From Eledone cirrhosa (taxonomy: Eukaryota): a DNA stretch of 64,000 nt. Position 1 is the stretch's first letter, and each line of letters starts with the position of its first letter. Shown here in pieces: positions 40,801 through 56,254 of the stretch. A program made the translations under genes and the position numbers. The notes under the pieces are model-generated. The model was not told the origin of the DNA and ran no database searches. It saw only the letters and a list, made by a program, of their open reading frames with translations. The DNA lies in assembly GCA_964016885.1 (NCBI GenBank), contig OZ024745.1:32674001-32738000 (forward strand), given 5' to 3'.

Positions 40801-43800
40801 GTACTAAATACCATCATAAGAACAAAGATAGTCACAGTACTAAATAACATCTGAGGAACAAAGATAGCCACAGCACTAAATACCATCAGAAGAACAAAGA
40901 TAGCCACAGTACTAAATACCATCAGGGGAACAAAGATAGCCACAGTACTAAATACCATCGGGGGAACAAAGATAGCCACAGTACTAAATACCATCAGAGG
41001 AACAAAGATAGCCACAGTACTAAATACTATCAGAGGAACAAAGATAGCCACAGTACTAAATACCATCAGAGGAACAAAGATAGCCACTGTACTAAATACC
41101 ATCAGAAGAACAAAGATAGCCACAGTACTAAATACCATCAGAAGAACAAAGATAGCCACAGTACTAAATACCATCATAAGAACAAAGATAGCCCCTGTAC
41201 TAAATACCATCAAAGGAACAAAGATAGCCCCAGTACTAAATACCATCAGAAGAACAAAGATAGCCACAGTACTAAATACCATCAGAGGAACAAAGATAGC
41301 CACAGTACTAAATACCATCAGAAGAACAAAGATAGCCACAGTACTAAATACCATCAGAAGAACAAAGATAGCCACAGTACTAAATACCATCAGAAGAACA
41401 AAGATAGCCACAGTACTAAATACCATCAGAAGAACAAAGATAGCCACTGTACTAAATACCATCAGAAGAACAAAGATAGCCACAGTACCAAATACCATCA
41501 GAGGAACAAAGATAGCTACAGTACTAAATACCATCAAAAGAACAAAGATAGCCACAGTACTAAATACCATCAGAAGAACAAAGATAGCCACAGTACTAAA
41601 TACCATGGGGGGAACAAAGATAGCCACAGTACTAAATACCATCAGAGGAACAAAGATAGCCACAGTACTAAATACCATCAGAAGAACAAAGATAGCCACA
41701 GTACTAAATACCATCAGAAGAACAAAGATAGCCACAGTACTAAATACCATCAGAAGAACAAAGATAGCCACAGTACTAAATACCATCAGAAGAACAAAGA
41801 TAGCCACAGTACTAAATACCATCAGAAGAACAAAGATAGCCACAGTACTAAATACCATCAGAGGAACAAAGATAGCCACAGTACTAAATACCATCAGAGG
41901 AACAAAGATAGCCACAGTACTAAATACCATCAGAGGAACAAAGATAGCCACTGTACTAAATACCATTAGAGGAACAAAGATAGCCACAGTACTAAATACC
42001 ATCAGAAGAACAAAGATAGCCACAGTACTAAATACCATCAGAAGAACAAAGATAGCCACAGTACTAAATACCATCAGAAGAACAAAGATAGCCACAGTAC
42101 TAAATACCATCAGAAGAACAAAGATAGCCACAGTACTAAATACCATCAGAAGAACAAAGATAGCCACAGTACTAAATACCATCAGAAGAACAAAGATAGC
42201 CACAGTACTAAATACCATCAGAAGAACAAAGATAGCCACAGTACTAAATACCATCAGAAGAACAAAGATAGCCACAGTACTAAATACCATCAGAAGAACA
42301 AAGATAGCCACAGTACTAAATACCATCAGAAGAACAAAGATAGCCACAGTACTAAATACCATCAGAAGAACAAAGATAGCCACAGTACTAAATACCATCA
42401 GAAGAACAAAGATAGCCACAGTACTAAATACCATCAGAAGAACAAAGATAGCCACAGTACTAAATACCATCAGAAGAACAAAGATAGCCACAGTACTAAA
42501 TACCATCATAAGAACAAAGATAGTCACAGTACTAAATACCATCAGAGGAACAAAGATAGCCACAGCACTAAATACCATCAGAAGAACAAAGATAGCCACA
42601 GTACTAAATACCATCAGGGGAACAAAGACAGCCACAGTACTAAATACCATCGGGGGAACAAAGATAGCCACAGTACTAAATACCATCAGAGGAACAAAGA
42701 TAGCCACAGTACTAAATACCATCAGAAGAACAAAGATAGCCACAGTACTAAATACCATCAGAAGAACAAAGATAGCCACAGTACTAAATACCATCATAAG
42801 AACAAAGATAGCCCCTGTACTAAATACCATCAAAGGAACAAAGATAGCCCCAGTACTAAATACCATCAGAGGAACAAAGATAGCCACAGTACTAAATACC
42901 ATCAGAGGAACAAAGATAGCCACAGTACTAAATACCATCAGAAGAACAAAGATAGCCACAGTACTAAATACCATCAGAAGAACAAAGATAGCCACAGTAC
43001 TAAATATCATCAGAAGAACAAAGATAGCCACAGTACTAAATACCATCAGAAGAACAAAGATAGCCACAGTACTAAATACCATCAGGGGAACAAAGATAGC
43101 CGCAGTACTAAATACCATCAGGGGAACAAAGATAGCCACTGTACTAAATACCATCAGAAGAACAAAGATAGCCACAGTACCAAATACCATCAGAGGAACA
43201 AAGATAGCCACAGTATTAAATACCATCAAAAGAACAAAGATAGCCACAGTACTAAATACCATCAGAAGAACAAAGATAGCCACAGTACTAAATACCATCG
43301 GGGGAACAAAGATAGCCACAGTACTAAATACCATCAGAGGAACAAAGATAGCCACAGTACTAAATACCATCAGAAGAACAAAGATAGCCACAGTACTAAA
43401 TACCATCAGAAGAACAAAGATAGCCACAGTACTAAATACCATCAGAAGAACAAAGATAGCCACAGTACTAAATACCATCAGAAGAACAAAGATAGCCACA
43501 GTACTAAATACCATCAGAAGAACAAAGATAGCCACAGTACTAAATACCATCAGAGGAACAAAGATAGCCACAGTACTAAATACCATCAGAGGAACAAAGA
43601 TAGCCACAGTACTAAATACCATCAGAGGAACAAAGATAGCCACTGTACTAAATACCATCAGAGGAACAAAGATAGCCACAGTACTAAATACCATCAGAAG
43701 AACAAAGATAGCCACAGTACTAAATACCATCAGAAGAACAAAGATAGCCACAGTACTAAATACCATCAGAAGAACAAAGATAGCCACAGTACTAAATACC

Positions 43801-44810
43801 ATCAGAAGAACAAAGATAGCCACAGTACTAAATACCATCAGAAGAACAAAGATAGCCACAGTACTAAATACCATCAGAAGAACAAAGATAGCCACAGTAC
43901 TAAATACCATCAGAAGAACAAAGATAGCCACAGTACTAAATACCATCAGAAGAACAAAGATAGCCACAGTACTAAATACCATCAGAAGAACAAAGATAGC
44001 CACAGTACTAAATACCATCAGAAGAACAAAGATAGCCACAGTACTAAATACCATCAGAAGAACAAAGATAGCCACAGTACTAAATACCATCAGAGGAACA
44101 AAGATAGCCACAGTACTAAATACCATCAGAAGAACAAAGATAGCCACAGTACTAAATACCATCAGAAGAACAAAGATAGCCACAGTACTAAATACCATCA
44201 GAAGAACAAAGATAGCCACAGTACTAAATACCATCGGGGGAACAAAGATAGCCACAGTACTAAATACTATCAGAAGAACAAAGATAGCCACAGTACTAAA
44301 TACCATCAAAAGAACAAAGATAGCCACGGTACTAAATACCATCAGAAGAACAAAGATAGCCACAGTACTAAATACCATCAGAGGAACAAAGATAGCCCCA
44401 GTACTAAATACTATCAGAGGAACAAAGATAGCCACAGTACTAAATACCATCAGAGGAACAAAGATAGCCCCTGTACTAAATACCATCAAAGGAACAAAGA
44501 TAGCCCCAGTACTAAATACCATCACAGGAACAAAGATAGCCACAGTACTAAATACCATCAGAGGAACAAAGATAGCCACAGTACTAAATACCATCAGAAG
44601 AACAAAGATAGCCACAGTACTAAATACCATCAGAAGAACAAAGATAGCCACAGTACTAAATACCATCAGAAGAACAAAGATAGCCACAGTACTAAATACC
44701 ATCAGAAGAACAAAGATAGCCACAGTACTAAATACCATCAGGGGAACAAAGATAGCCACAGTACTAAATACCATCAGGGGAACAAAGATAGCCACTGTAC
44801 TAAATACCAT
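22900..44810 (+). repeat. Three related copies of a ~6.2-7.9 kb higher-order repeat (about 173-220 monomers)
   Basis: catgggggg at 27457/33685/41605 (+6228, +7920), cattagagg ~27816/34044/41964, gccgcagt ~28915/35179/43099, cacggtact ~30141/36405/44325. agtaataaa ~23628/37632 occurs only in copies 1 and 3. Boundaries are approximate. Confidence 0.85.
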
Positions 44811-47800
44811 CAGAAGAACAAAGATAGCCACAGTACCAAATACCATCAGAGGAACAAAGATAGCCACAGTACTAAATACCATCAAAAGAACAAAGATAGC
44901 CACAGTACTAAATACCATCAGAAGAACAAAGATAGCCACAGTACTAAATACCATCAGGGGAACAAAGATAGCCACAGTACTAAATACCATCAGAGGAACA
45001 AAGATAGCCACAGTACTAAATACCATCAGAAGAACAAAGATAGCAACAGTACTAAATACCATCAGAAGAACAAAGATAGCCACAGTACTAAATACCATCA
45101 GAAGAACAAAGATAGCCACAGTACTAAATACCATCAGAAGAACAAAGATAGCCACAGTACTAAATACCATCAGAAGAACAAAGATAGCCACAGTACTAAA
45201 TACCATCAGAAGAACAAAGATAGCCACAGTACTAAATACCATCAGAAGAACAAAGATAGCCACAGTACTAAATACCATCAGAAGAACAAAGATAGCCACA
45301 GTACTAAATACCATCAGAAGAACAAAGATAGCCACAGCACTAAATACCATCAGAAGAACAAAGATAGCCACAGTACTAAATACCATCAGGGGAACAAAGA
45401 TAGCCACAGTACTAAATACCATCGGAGGAACAAAGATAGCCACAGTACTAAATACCATCAGAGGAACAAAGATAGCCACAGTACTAAATACCATCAGAAG
45501 AACAAAGATAGCCACAGTGCTAAATACCATAGAGAAGAACAAAGATAGCCACAGTACTAAATACCATCAGAGGAACAAAGATAGCCACAGTACTAAATAC
45601 CATCAAAAGAACAAAGATAGCCACAGTACTAAATACCATCAGAAGAACAAAGATAGGCACAGTACTAAATACCATCGGGGGAACAAAGATAGCCACAGTA
45701 CTAAATACTATCAGAAGAACAAAGATAGCCACAGTACTAAATACCATCAGAAGAACAAAGATAGCCACAGTACTAAATACCATCAGAAGAACAAAGATAG
45801 CCACAGTACTAAATACCATCAGAAGAACAAAGATAGCCACAGTACTAAATACCATCAGGGGAACAAAGATAGCCACAGTACTAAATACCATCAGGGGAAC
45901 AAAGATAGCCACTGTACTAAATACCATCAGAAGAACAAAGATAGCCACAGTACCAAATACCATCAGAGGAACAAAGATAGCCACAGTACTAAATACCATC
46001 AAAAGAACAAAGATAGCCACAGTACTAAATACCATCAGAAGAACAAAGATAGCCACAGTACTAAATACCATCGGGGGAACAAAGATAGCCACAGTACTAA
46101 ATACCATCAGAGGAACAAAGATAGCCACAGTACTAAATACCATCAGAAGAACAAAGATAGCCACAGTACTAAATACCATCAGAAGAACAAAGATAGCCAC
46201 AGTACTAAATACCATCAGAAGAACAAAGATAGCCACAGTACTAAATACCATCAGAAGAACAAAGATAGCCACAGTACTAAATACCATCAGAAGAACAAAG
46301 ATAGCCACAGTACTAAATACCATCAGAAGAACAAAGATAGCCACAGTACTAAATACCATCAGAGGAACAAAGATAGCCACAGTACTAAATACCATCAGAG
46401 GAACAAAGATAGCCACTGTACTAAATACCATCAGAGGAACAAAGATAGCCACTGTACTAAATACCATCAGAAGAACAAAGATAGCCACAGTACTAAATAC
46501 CATCAGAAGAACAAAGATAGCCACAGTACTAAATACCATCAGAAGAACAAAGATAGCCACAGTACTAAATACCATCAGGGGAACAAAGATAGCCACAGTA
46601 CTAAATACCATCAGAAGAACAAAGATAGCCACAGTACTAAATACCATCAGGGGAACAAAGATAGCCACAGTACTAAATACCATCAGGGGAACAAAGATAG
46701 CCACTGTACTAAATACCATCAGAAGAACAAAGATAGCCACAGTACCAAATACCATCAGAGGAACAAAGATAGCCACAGTACTAAATACCATCAGAGGAAC
46801 AAAGATAGCCACAGTACTAAATACCATCAAAAGAACAAAGATAGCCACAGTACTAAATACCATCAGAAGAACAAAGATAGCCACAGTACTAAATACCATC
46901 AGGGGAACAAAGATAGCCACAGTACTAAATACCATCAGAGGAACAAACGTAGCCACAGTACTAAATACCATCAGAAGAACAAAGATAGCCACAGTACTAA
47001 ATACCATCAGAAGAACAAAGATAGCCACAGTACTAAATACCATCAGAAGAACAAAGATAGCCACAGTACTAAATACCATCAGAAGAACAAAGATAGCCAC
47101 AGTACTAAATACCATCAGAAGAACAAAGATAGCCACAGTACTAAATACCATCAGAAGAACAAAGATAGCCACAGTACTAAATACCATCAGAAGAACAAAG
47201 ATAGCCACAGTACTAAATACCATCAGAAGAACAAAGATAGCCACAGTACTAAATACCATCAGAAGAACAAAGATAGCCACAGTACTAAATACCATCAGAG
47301 GAACAAAGATAGCCACAGTACTAAATACCATCAGAGGAACAAAGATAGCCACAGTACTAAATACCATCAGAAGAACAAAGATAGCCACAGTACTAAATAC
47401 CATCAGAAGAACAAAGATAGCCACAGTACTAAATACCATCAGAAGAACAAAGATAGCCACAGTGCTAAATACCATAGAGAAGAACAAAGATAGCCACAGT
47501 ACTAAATACCATCAGAAGAACAAAGATAGCCACAGTGCTAAATACCATAGAGAAGAACAAAGATAGCCACAGTACTAAATACCATCAGAGGAACAAAGAT
47601 AGCCACAGCACTAAATACCATCAGAAGAACAAAGATAGCCACAGTACTAAATACCATCAGGGGAACAAAGATAGCCACAGTACTAAATACCATCGGAGGA
47701 ACAAAGATAGCCACAGTACTAAATACCATCAGAGGAACAAAGATAGCCACAGTACTAAATACCATCAGAAGAACAAAGATAGCCACAGTGCTAAATACCA

Positions 47801-50800
47801 TAGAGAAGAACAAAGATAGCCACAGTACTAAATACCATCAGAGGAACAAAGATAGCCACAGTACTAAATACCATCAAAAGAACAAAGATAGCCACAGTAC
47901 TAAATACCATCAGAAGAACAAAGATAGCCACAGTACTAAATACCATCAGAAGAACAAAGATAGCCACAGTACTAAATACCATCAGAGGAACAAAGATAGC
48001 CCCAGTACTAAATACTATCAGAGGAACAAAGATAGCCACAGTACTAAATACCATCAGAGGAACAAAGATAGCCCCTGTACTAAATACCATCAAAGGAACA
48101 AAGATAGCCCCTGTACTAAATACCATCACAGGAACAAAGATAGCCACAGTACTAAATACCATCAGAGGAACAAAGATAGCCACAGTACTAAATACCATCA
48201 GAAGAACAAAGATAGCCACAGTACTAAATACCATCAGAAGAACAAAGATAGCCACAGTACTAAATACCATCAGAAGAACAAAGATAGCCACAGTACTAAA
48301 TACCATCAGAAGAACAAAGATAGCCACAGTACTAAATACCATCAGGGGAACAAAGATAGCCACAGTACTAAATACCATCAGGGGAACAAAGATAGCCACT
48401 GTACTAAATACCATCAGAAGAACAAAGATAGCCACAGTACCAAATACCATCAGAGGAACAAAGATAGCCACAGTACTAAATACCATCAAAAGAACAAAGA
48501 TAGCCACAGTACTAAATACCATCAGAAGAACAAAGATAGCCACAGTACTAAATACCATCGGGGGAACAAAGATAGCCACAGTACTAAATACCATCAGAGG
48601 AACAAAGATAGCCACAGTACTAAATACCATCAGAAGAACAAAGATAGCCACAGTACTAAATACCATCAGAAGAACAAAGATAGCCACAGTACTAAATACC
48701 ATCAGAAGAACAAAGATAGCCACAGTACTAAATACCATCAGAAGAACAAAGATAGCCACAGTACTAAATACCATCAGAAGAACAAAGATAGCCACAGTAC
48801 TAAATACCATCAGAGGAACAAAGATAGCCACAGTACTAAATACCATCAGAGGAACAAAGATAGCCACAGTACTAAATACCATCAGAGGAACAAAGATAGC
48901 CACTGTACTAAATACCATCAGAGGAACAAAGATAGCCACAGTACTAAATACCATCAGAAGAACAAAGATAGCCACAGTACTAAATACCATCAGAAGAACA
49001 AAGATAGCCACAGTACTAAATACCATCAGAAGAACAAAGATAGCCACAGTACTAAATACCATCAGAAGAACAAAGATAGCCACAGTACTAAATACCATCA
49101 GAAGAACACAGATAGCCACAGTACTAAATACCATCAGAAGAACAAAGATAGCCACAGTACTAAATACCATCAGAAGAACAAAGATAGCCACAGTACTAAA
49201 TACCATCAGGGGAACAAAGATAGCCACAGTACTAAATACCATCAGAACAACAAATATAGCCACAGTACTAAATACCATCAGAAGAACAAAGATAGCCACA
49301 GTACTAAATACCATCAGAACAACAAAGATAGCCACAGTACTAAATACCATCAGAAGAACAAAGATAGCCACAGTACTAAATACCATCAGGGGAACAAAGA
49401 CAGCCACAGTACTAAATATCATCAGGGGAACAAAGATAGCCACAGTACTAAATACCATCAGAAGAACAAAGATAGCCACAGTACTAAATACCATCAGGGG
49501 TACAAAGATAGCCACAGTACTAAATACCATCAGAAGAACAAAGATAGCCACAGTACTAAATACCATCAGAAGAACAAAGACAGTCACAGTACTAAATACC
49601 ATCAGAAGAACAAAGACAGTCACAGTACTAAATACCATCAGAGGAACAAAGGTAGCCACAGTACTAAATACCATCAGAAGAACAAAGACAGTCACAGTAC
49701 TAAATACCATCAGAAGAACAAAGGTAGCCACAGTACTAAATACCATCAGAAGAACAAAGATAGCCACAGTACTAAATACCATCAGAAGAACAAAGATAGC
49801 CACAGTACTAAATACCATCAGAAGAACAAAGATAGCCACAGTACTAAATACCATCAGAAGAACAAAGATAGCCACAGTACTAAATACCATCAGAAGAACA
49901 AAGATAGCCACAGTACTAAATACCATCATAAGAACAAAGATAGTCACAGTACTAAATACCATCAGAGGAACAAAGATAGCCACAGCACTAAATACCATCA
50001 GAAGAACAAAGATAGCCACAGTACTAAATACCATCAGGGGAACAAAGATAGCCACAGTACTAAATACCATCGGGGGAACAAAGATAGCCACAGTACTAAA
50101 TACCATCAGAGGAACAAAGATAGCCACAGTACTAAATACCATCAGAAGAACAAAGATAGCCACAGTACTAAATACCATAGAGAAGAACAAAGATAGCCAC
50201 AGTACTAAATACCATCAGAGGAACAAAGATAGCCACAGCACTAAATACCATCAGAAGAACAAAGATAGCCACAGTACTAAATACCATCAGGGGAACAAAG
50301 ATAGCCACAGTACTAAATACCATCGGGGGAACAAAGATAGCCACAGTACTAAATACCATCAGAGGAACAAAGATAGCCACAGCACTAAATACCATCAGAA
50401 GAACAAAGATAGCCACAGTACTAAATACCATCAGAACAACAAATATAGCCACAGTACTAAATACCATCAGAAGAACAAAGATAGCCACAGTACTAAATAC
50501 CATCAGAGGAACAAAGATAGCCACAGTACTAAATACCATCAGAGGAACAAAGATAGCCACAGTACTAAATATCATCAGAGGAACAAAGATAGCCACAGTA
50601 CTAAATATCATCAGAGGAACAAAGATAGCCACAGTACTAAATATCATCAGAAGAACAAAGATAGCCACTGTACTAAATACCATCAGAGGAACAAAGATAT
50701 CCACAGTACTAAATACCATCAGAAGAACAAAGATAGCCACAGTACTAAATACCATCAGAAGAACAAAGATAACCACAGTACTAAATACCATCAGAAGAAC

Positions 50801-51399
50801 AAAGATAGCCACAGTACTAAATACCATCAGAAGAACAAAGATAGCCACAGTACTAAATACCATCAGAAGAACAAAGATAGCCACAGTACTAAATACCATC
50901 AGAAGAACAAAGATAGCCACAGTACTAAATACCATCAGAAGTACAAAGATAGCCACAGTACTAAATACCATCAGAAGAACAAAGATAGCCACAGTACTAA
51001 ATACCATCAGAAGAACAAAGATAGCCACAGTACTAAATACCATCAGAAGAACAAAGATAGCCACAGTACTAAATACCATCAGAGGAACAAAGATAGCCAC
51101 AGTACTAAATACCATCAGAGGAACAAAGATAGCCACAGTACTAAATACCATCAGAGGAACAAAGATAGCCACTGTACTAAATACCATCAGAGGAACAAAG
51201 ATAGCCACAGTACTAAATACCATCAGAAGAACAAAGATAGCCACAGTACTAAATACCATCAGAAGAACAAAGATAGCCACAGTACTAAATACCATCAGAG
51301 GAACAAAGATAGCCACAGTACTAAATACCATCAGAAGAACAAAGATAGCCACAGTACTAAATACCATCAGAAGAACAAAGATAGCCACAGTACTAAATA

Positions 51400-54300
51400 C
51401 CATCAGAAGAACAAAGATAGCCACAGTACTAAATACCATCAGAAGAACAAAGATAGCCACAGTACTAAATACCATCAGGGGAACAAAGATAGCTACAGTA
51501 CTAAATACCATCAGAAGAACAAAGATAGCCACAGTACTAAATACCATCAGAAGAACAAAGATAGCCACAGTACTAAATACCATCATAAGAACAAAGATAG
51601 TCACAGTACTAAATACCATCAGAGGAACAAAGATAGCCACAGCACTAAATACCATCAGAAGAACAAAGATAGCCACAGTACTAAATACCATCAGGGGAAC
51701 AAAGATAGCCACAGTACTAAATACCATCGGGGGAACAAAGATAGCCACAGTACTAAATACCATCAGAGGAACAAAGATAGCCACAGCACTAAATACCATC
51801 AGAAGAACAAAGATAGCCACAGTACTAAATACCATCAGAACAACAAATATAGCCACAGTACTAAATACCATCAGAAGAACAAAGATAGCCACAGTACTAA
51901 ATACCATCAGAGGAACAAAGATAGCCACAGTACTAAATACCATCAGATGAACAAAGATAGCCACAGTACTAAATATCATCAGAGGAACAAAGATAGCCAC
52001 AGTACTAAATATCATCAGAGGAACAAAGATAGCCACAGTACTAAATATCATCAGAAGAACAAAGATAGCCACTGTACTAAATACCATCAGAGGAACAAAG
52101 ATATCCACAGTACTAAATACCATCAGAAGAACAAAGATAGCCACAGTACTAAATACCATCAGAAGAACAAAGATAACCACAGTACTAAATACCATCAGAA
52201 GAACAAAGATAGCCACAGTACTAAATACCATCAGAAGAACAAAGATAGCCACAGTACTAAATACCATCAGAAGAACAAAGATAGCCACAGTACTAAATAC
52301 CATCAGAAGAACAAAGATAGCCACAGTACTAAATACCATCAGAAGTACAAAGATAGCCACAGTACTAAATACCATCAGAGGAACAAAGATAGCCCCAGTA
52401 CTAAATACCACCAGAGAAACAAAGATAGCCACAGTACTAAATACCATCAGAGGAACAAAGATAGCCACAGTACTAAATACCATCAGAAGAACAAAGATAG
52501 CCACAGTACTAAATACCATCAGAAGAACAAAGATAGCAACAGTACTAAATACCATCAGAAGAACAAAGATAGCCACAGTACTAAATACCATCAGAAGAAC
52601 AAAGATAGCCACAGTACTAAATACCATCAGGGGAACAAAGATAGCCACAGTACTAAATACCATCAGGGGAACAAAGATAGCCACTGTACTAAATACCATC
52701 AGAAGAACAAAGATAGCCACAGTACCAAATACCATCAGAGGAACAAAGATAGCCACAGTACTAAATACCATAAAAAGAACAAAGATAGCCACAGTACTAA
52801 ATACCATCAGAAGAACAAAGATAGCCACAGTACTAAATACCATAGGGGGAACAAAGATAGCCACAGTACTAAATACCATCAGAGGAACAAAGATAGCCAC
52901 AGTACTAAATACCATCAGAAGAACAAAGATAGCCACAGTACTAAATACCATCAGAAGAACAAAGATAGCCACAGTACTAAATACCATCAGAAGAACAAAG
53001 ATAGCCACAGTACTAAATACCATCAGAAGAACAAAGATAGCCACAGTACTAAATACCATCAGAAGAACAAAGATAGCCACAGTACTAAATACCATCAGAG
53101 GAACAAAGATAGCCACAGTACTAAATACCATCAGAGGAACAAAGATAGCCACAGTACTAAATACCATCAGAGGAACAAAGATAGCCACTGTACTAAATAC
53201 CATCAGAGGAACAAAGATAGCCACAGTACTAAATACCATCAGAAGAACAAAGATAGCCACAGTACTAAATACCATCAGAAGAACAAAGATAGCCACAGTA
53301 CTAAATACCATCAGAAGAACAAAGATAGCCACAGTACTAAATACCATCAGAAGAACAAAGATAGCCACAGTACTAAATACCATCAGAAGAACAAAGATAG
53401 CCACAGTACTAAATACCATCAGAAGAACAAAGATAGCCACAGTACTAAATACCATCAGAAGAACAAAGATAGCCACAGTACTAAATACCATCAGAAGAAC
53501 AAAGATAGCCACAGTACTAAATACCATCATAAGAACAAAGATAGTCACAGTACTAAATACCATCAGAAGAACAAAGATAGCCACAGTACTAAATACCATC
53601 AGAAGAACAAAGATAGCCACAGTACTAAATACCATCAGAGGAACAAAGATAGCCACAGTACTAAATACCATCAGAGGAACAAAGATAGCCACAGTACTAA
53701 ATACCATAAGAGGAACAAAGATAGCCACTGTACTAAATACCATCAGAGGAACAAAGATAGCCACAGTACTAAATACCATCAGAAGAACAAAGATAGCCAC
53801 AGTACTAAATACCATCAGAAGAACAAAGATAGCCACAGTACTAAATACCATCAGAAGAACAAAGATAGCCACAGTACTAAATACCATCAGAAGAACAAAG
53901 ATAGCCACAGTACTAAATACCATCAGAAGAACAAAGATAGCCACAGTACTAAATACCATCAGAAGAACAAAGATAGCCACAGTACTAAATACCATCAGAA
54001 GAACAAAGATAGCCACAGTACTAAATACCATCAGGGGAACAAAGATAGCTACAGTACTAAATACCATCAGAAGAACAAAGATAGCCACAGTACTAAATAC
54101 CATCAGAAGAACAAAGATAACCACAGTACTAAATACCATCATAAGAACAAAGATAGTCACAGTACTAAATACCATCAGAGGAACAAAGATAGCCACAGCA
54201 CTAAATACCATCAGAAGAACAAAGATAGCCACAGTACTAAATACCATCAGGGGAACAAAGATAGCCACAGTACTAAATACCATCGGGGGAACAAAGATAG

Positions 54301-55650
54301 CCACAGTACTAAATACCATCAGAGGAACAAAGATAGCCACAGCACTAAATACCATCAGAAGAACAAAGATAGCCACAGTACTAAATACCATCAGAACAAC
54401 AAATATAGCCACAGTACTAAATACCATCAGAAGAACAAAGATAGCCACAGTACTAAATACCATCAGAGGAACAAAGATAGCCACAGTACTAAATACCATC
54501 AGATGAACAAAGATAGCCACAGTACTAAATATCATCAGAGGAACAAAGATAGCCACAGTACTAAATATCATCAGAGGAACAAAGATAGCCACAGTACTAA
54601 ATATCATCAGAAGAACAAAGATAGCCACTGTACTAAATACCATCAGAGGAACAAAGATATCCACAGTACTAAATACCATCAGAAGAACAAAGATAGCCAC
54701 AGTACTAAATACCATCAGAAGAACAAAGATAACCACAGTACTAAATACCATCAGAAGAACAAAGATAGCCACAGTACTAAATACCATCAGAAGAACAAAG
54801 ATAGCCACAGTACTAAATACCATCAGAAGAACAAAGATAGCCACAGTACTAAATACCATCAGAAGAACAAAGATAGCCACAGTACTAAATACCATCAGAA
54901 GTACAAAGATAGCCACAGTACTAAATACCATCAGAGGAACAAAGATAGCCCCAGTACTAAATACCATCAGAGAAACAAAGATAGCCACAGTACTAAATAC
55001 CATCAGAGGAACAAAGATAGCCACAGTACTAAATACCATCAGAAGAACAAAGATAGCCACAGTACTAAATACCATCAGAAGAACAAAGATAGCAACAGTA
55101 CTAAATACCATCAGAAGAACAAAGATAGCCACAGTACTAAATACCATCAGAAGAACAAAGATAGCCACAGTACTAAATACCATCAGGGGAACAAAGATAG
55201 CCACAGTACTAAATACCATCAGGGGAACAAAGATAGCCACTGTACTAAATACCATCAGAAGAACAAAGATAGCCACAGTACCAAATACCATCAGAGGAAC
55301 AAAGATAGCCACAGTACTAAATACCATCAAAAGAACAAAGATAGCCACAGTACTAAATACCATCAGAAGAACAAAGATAGCCACAGTACTAAATACCAAT
55401 GGGGGAACAAAGATAGCCACAGTACTAAATACCATCAGAGGAACAAAGATAGCCACAGTACTAAATACCATCAGAAGAACAAAGATAGCCACAGTACTAA
55501 ATACCATCAGAAGAACAAAGATAGCCACAGTACTAAATACCATCAGAAGAACAAAGATAGCCACAGTACTAAATACCATCAGAAGAACAAAGATAGCCAC
55601 AGTACTAAATACCATCAGAAGAACAAAGATAGCCACAGTACTAAATACCA
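51400..55650 (+). repeat. Higher-order duplication with 71-monomer offset (2556 bp)
   Basis: gctacagt ~51492/54048, cagatgaac 51944/54500, gaagtac ~52342/54898, cagagaaac ~52412/54968, agcaac ~52535/55091. Confidence 0.85.
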
Positions 55651-56254
55651 TCAGAGGAACAAAGATAGCCACAGTACTAAATACCATCAGAAGAACAAAG
55701 ATAGCCACAGTACTAAATACCATCAGAAGAACAAAGATAGCCACAGTACAAAATACCATCAGAAGAACAAAGATAGCCACAGTACTAAATACCATCAGAA
55801 GAACAAAGATAGCCACAGTACTAAATACCATCAGAAGAACAAAGATAGCCACAGTACTAAATACCATCAGAAGAACAAAGATAGCCACAGTACTAAATAC
55901 CATCAGAAGAACAAAGATAGCCACAGTACTAAATACCATCAGAAGAACAAAGATAGCCACAGTACTAAATACCATCAGAAGAACAAAGATAGCCACAGTA
56001 CTAAATACCATCATAAGAACAAAGATAGTCACAGTACTAAATACCATCAGAGGAACAAAGATAGCCACAGCACTAAATACCATCAGAAGAACAAAGATAG
56101 CCACAGTACTAAATACCATCAGGGGAACAAAGATAGCCACAGTACTAAATACCATCGGGGGAACAAAGATAGCCACAGTACTAAATACCATCAGAGGAAC
56201 AAAGATAGCCACAGTACTAAATACCATCAGAAGAACAAAGATAGCCACAGTGCT

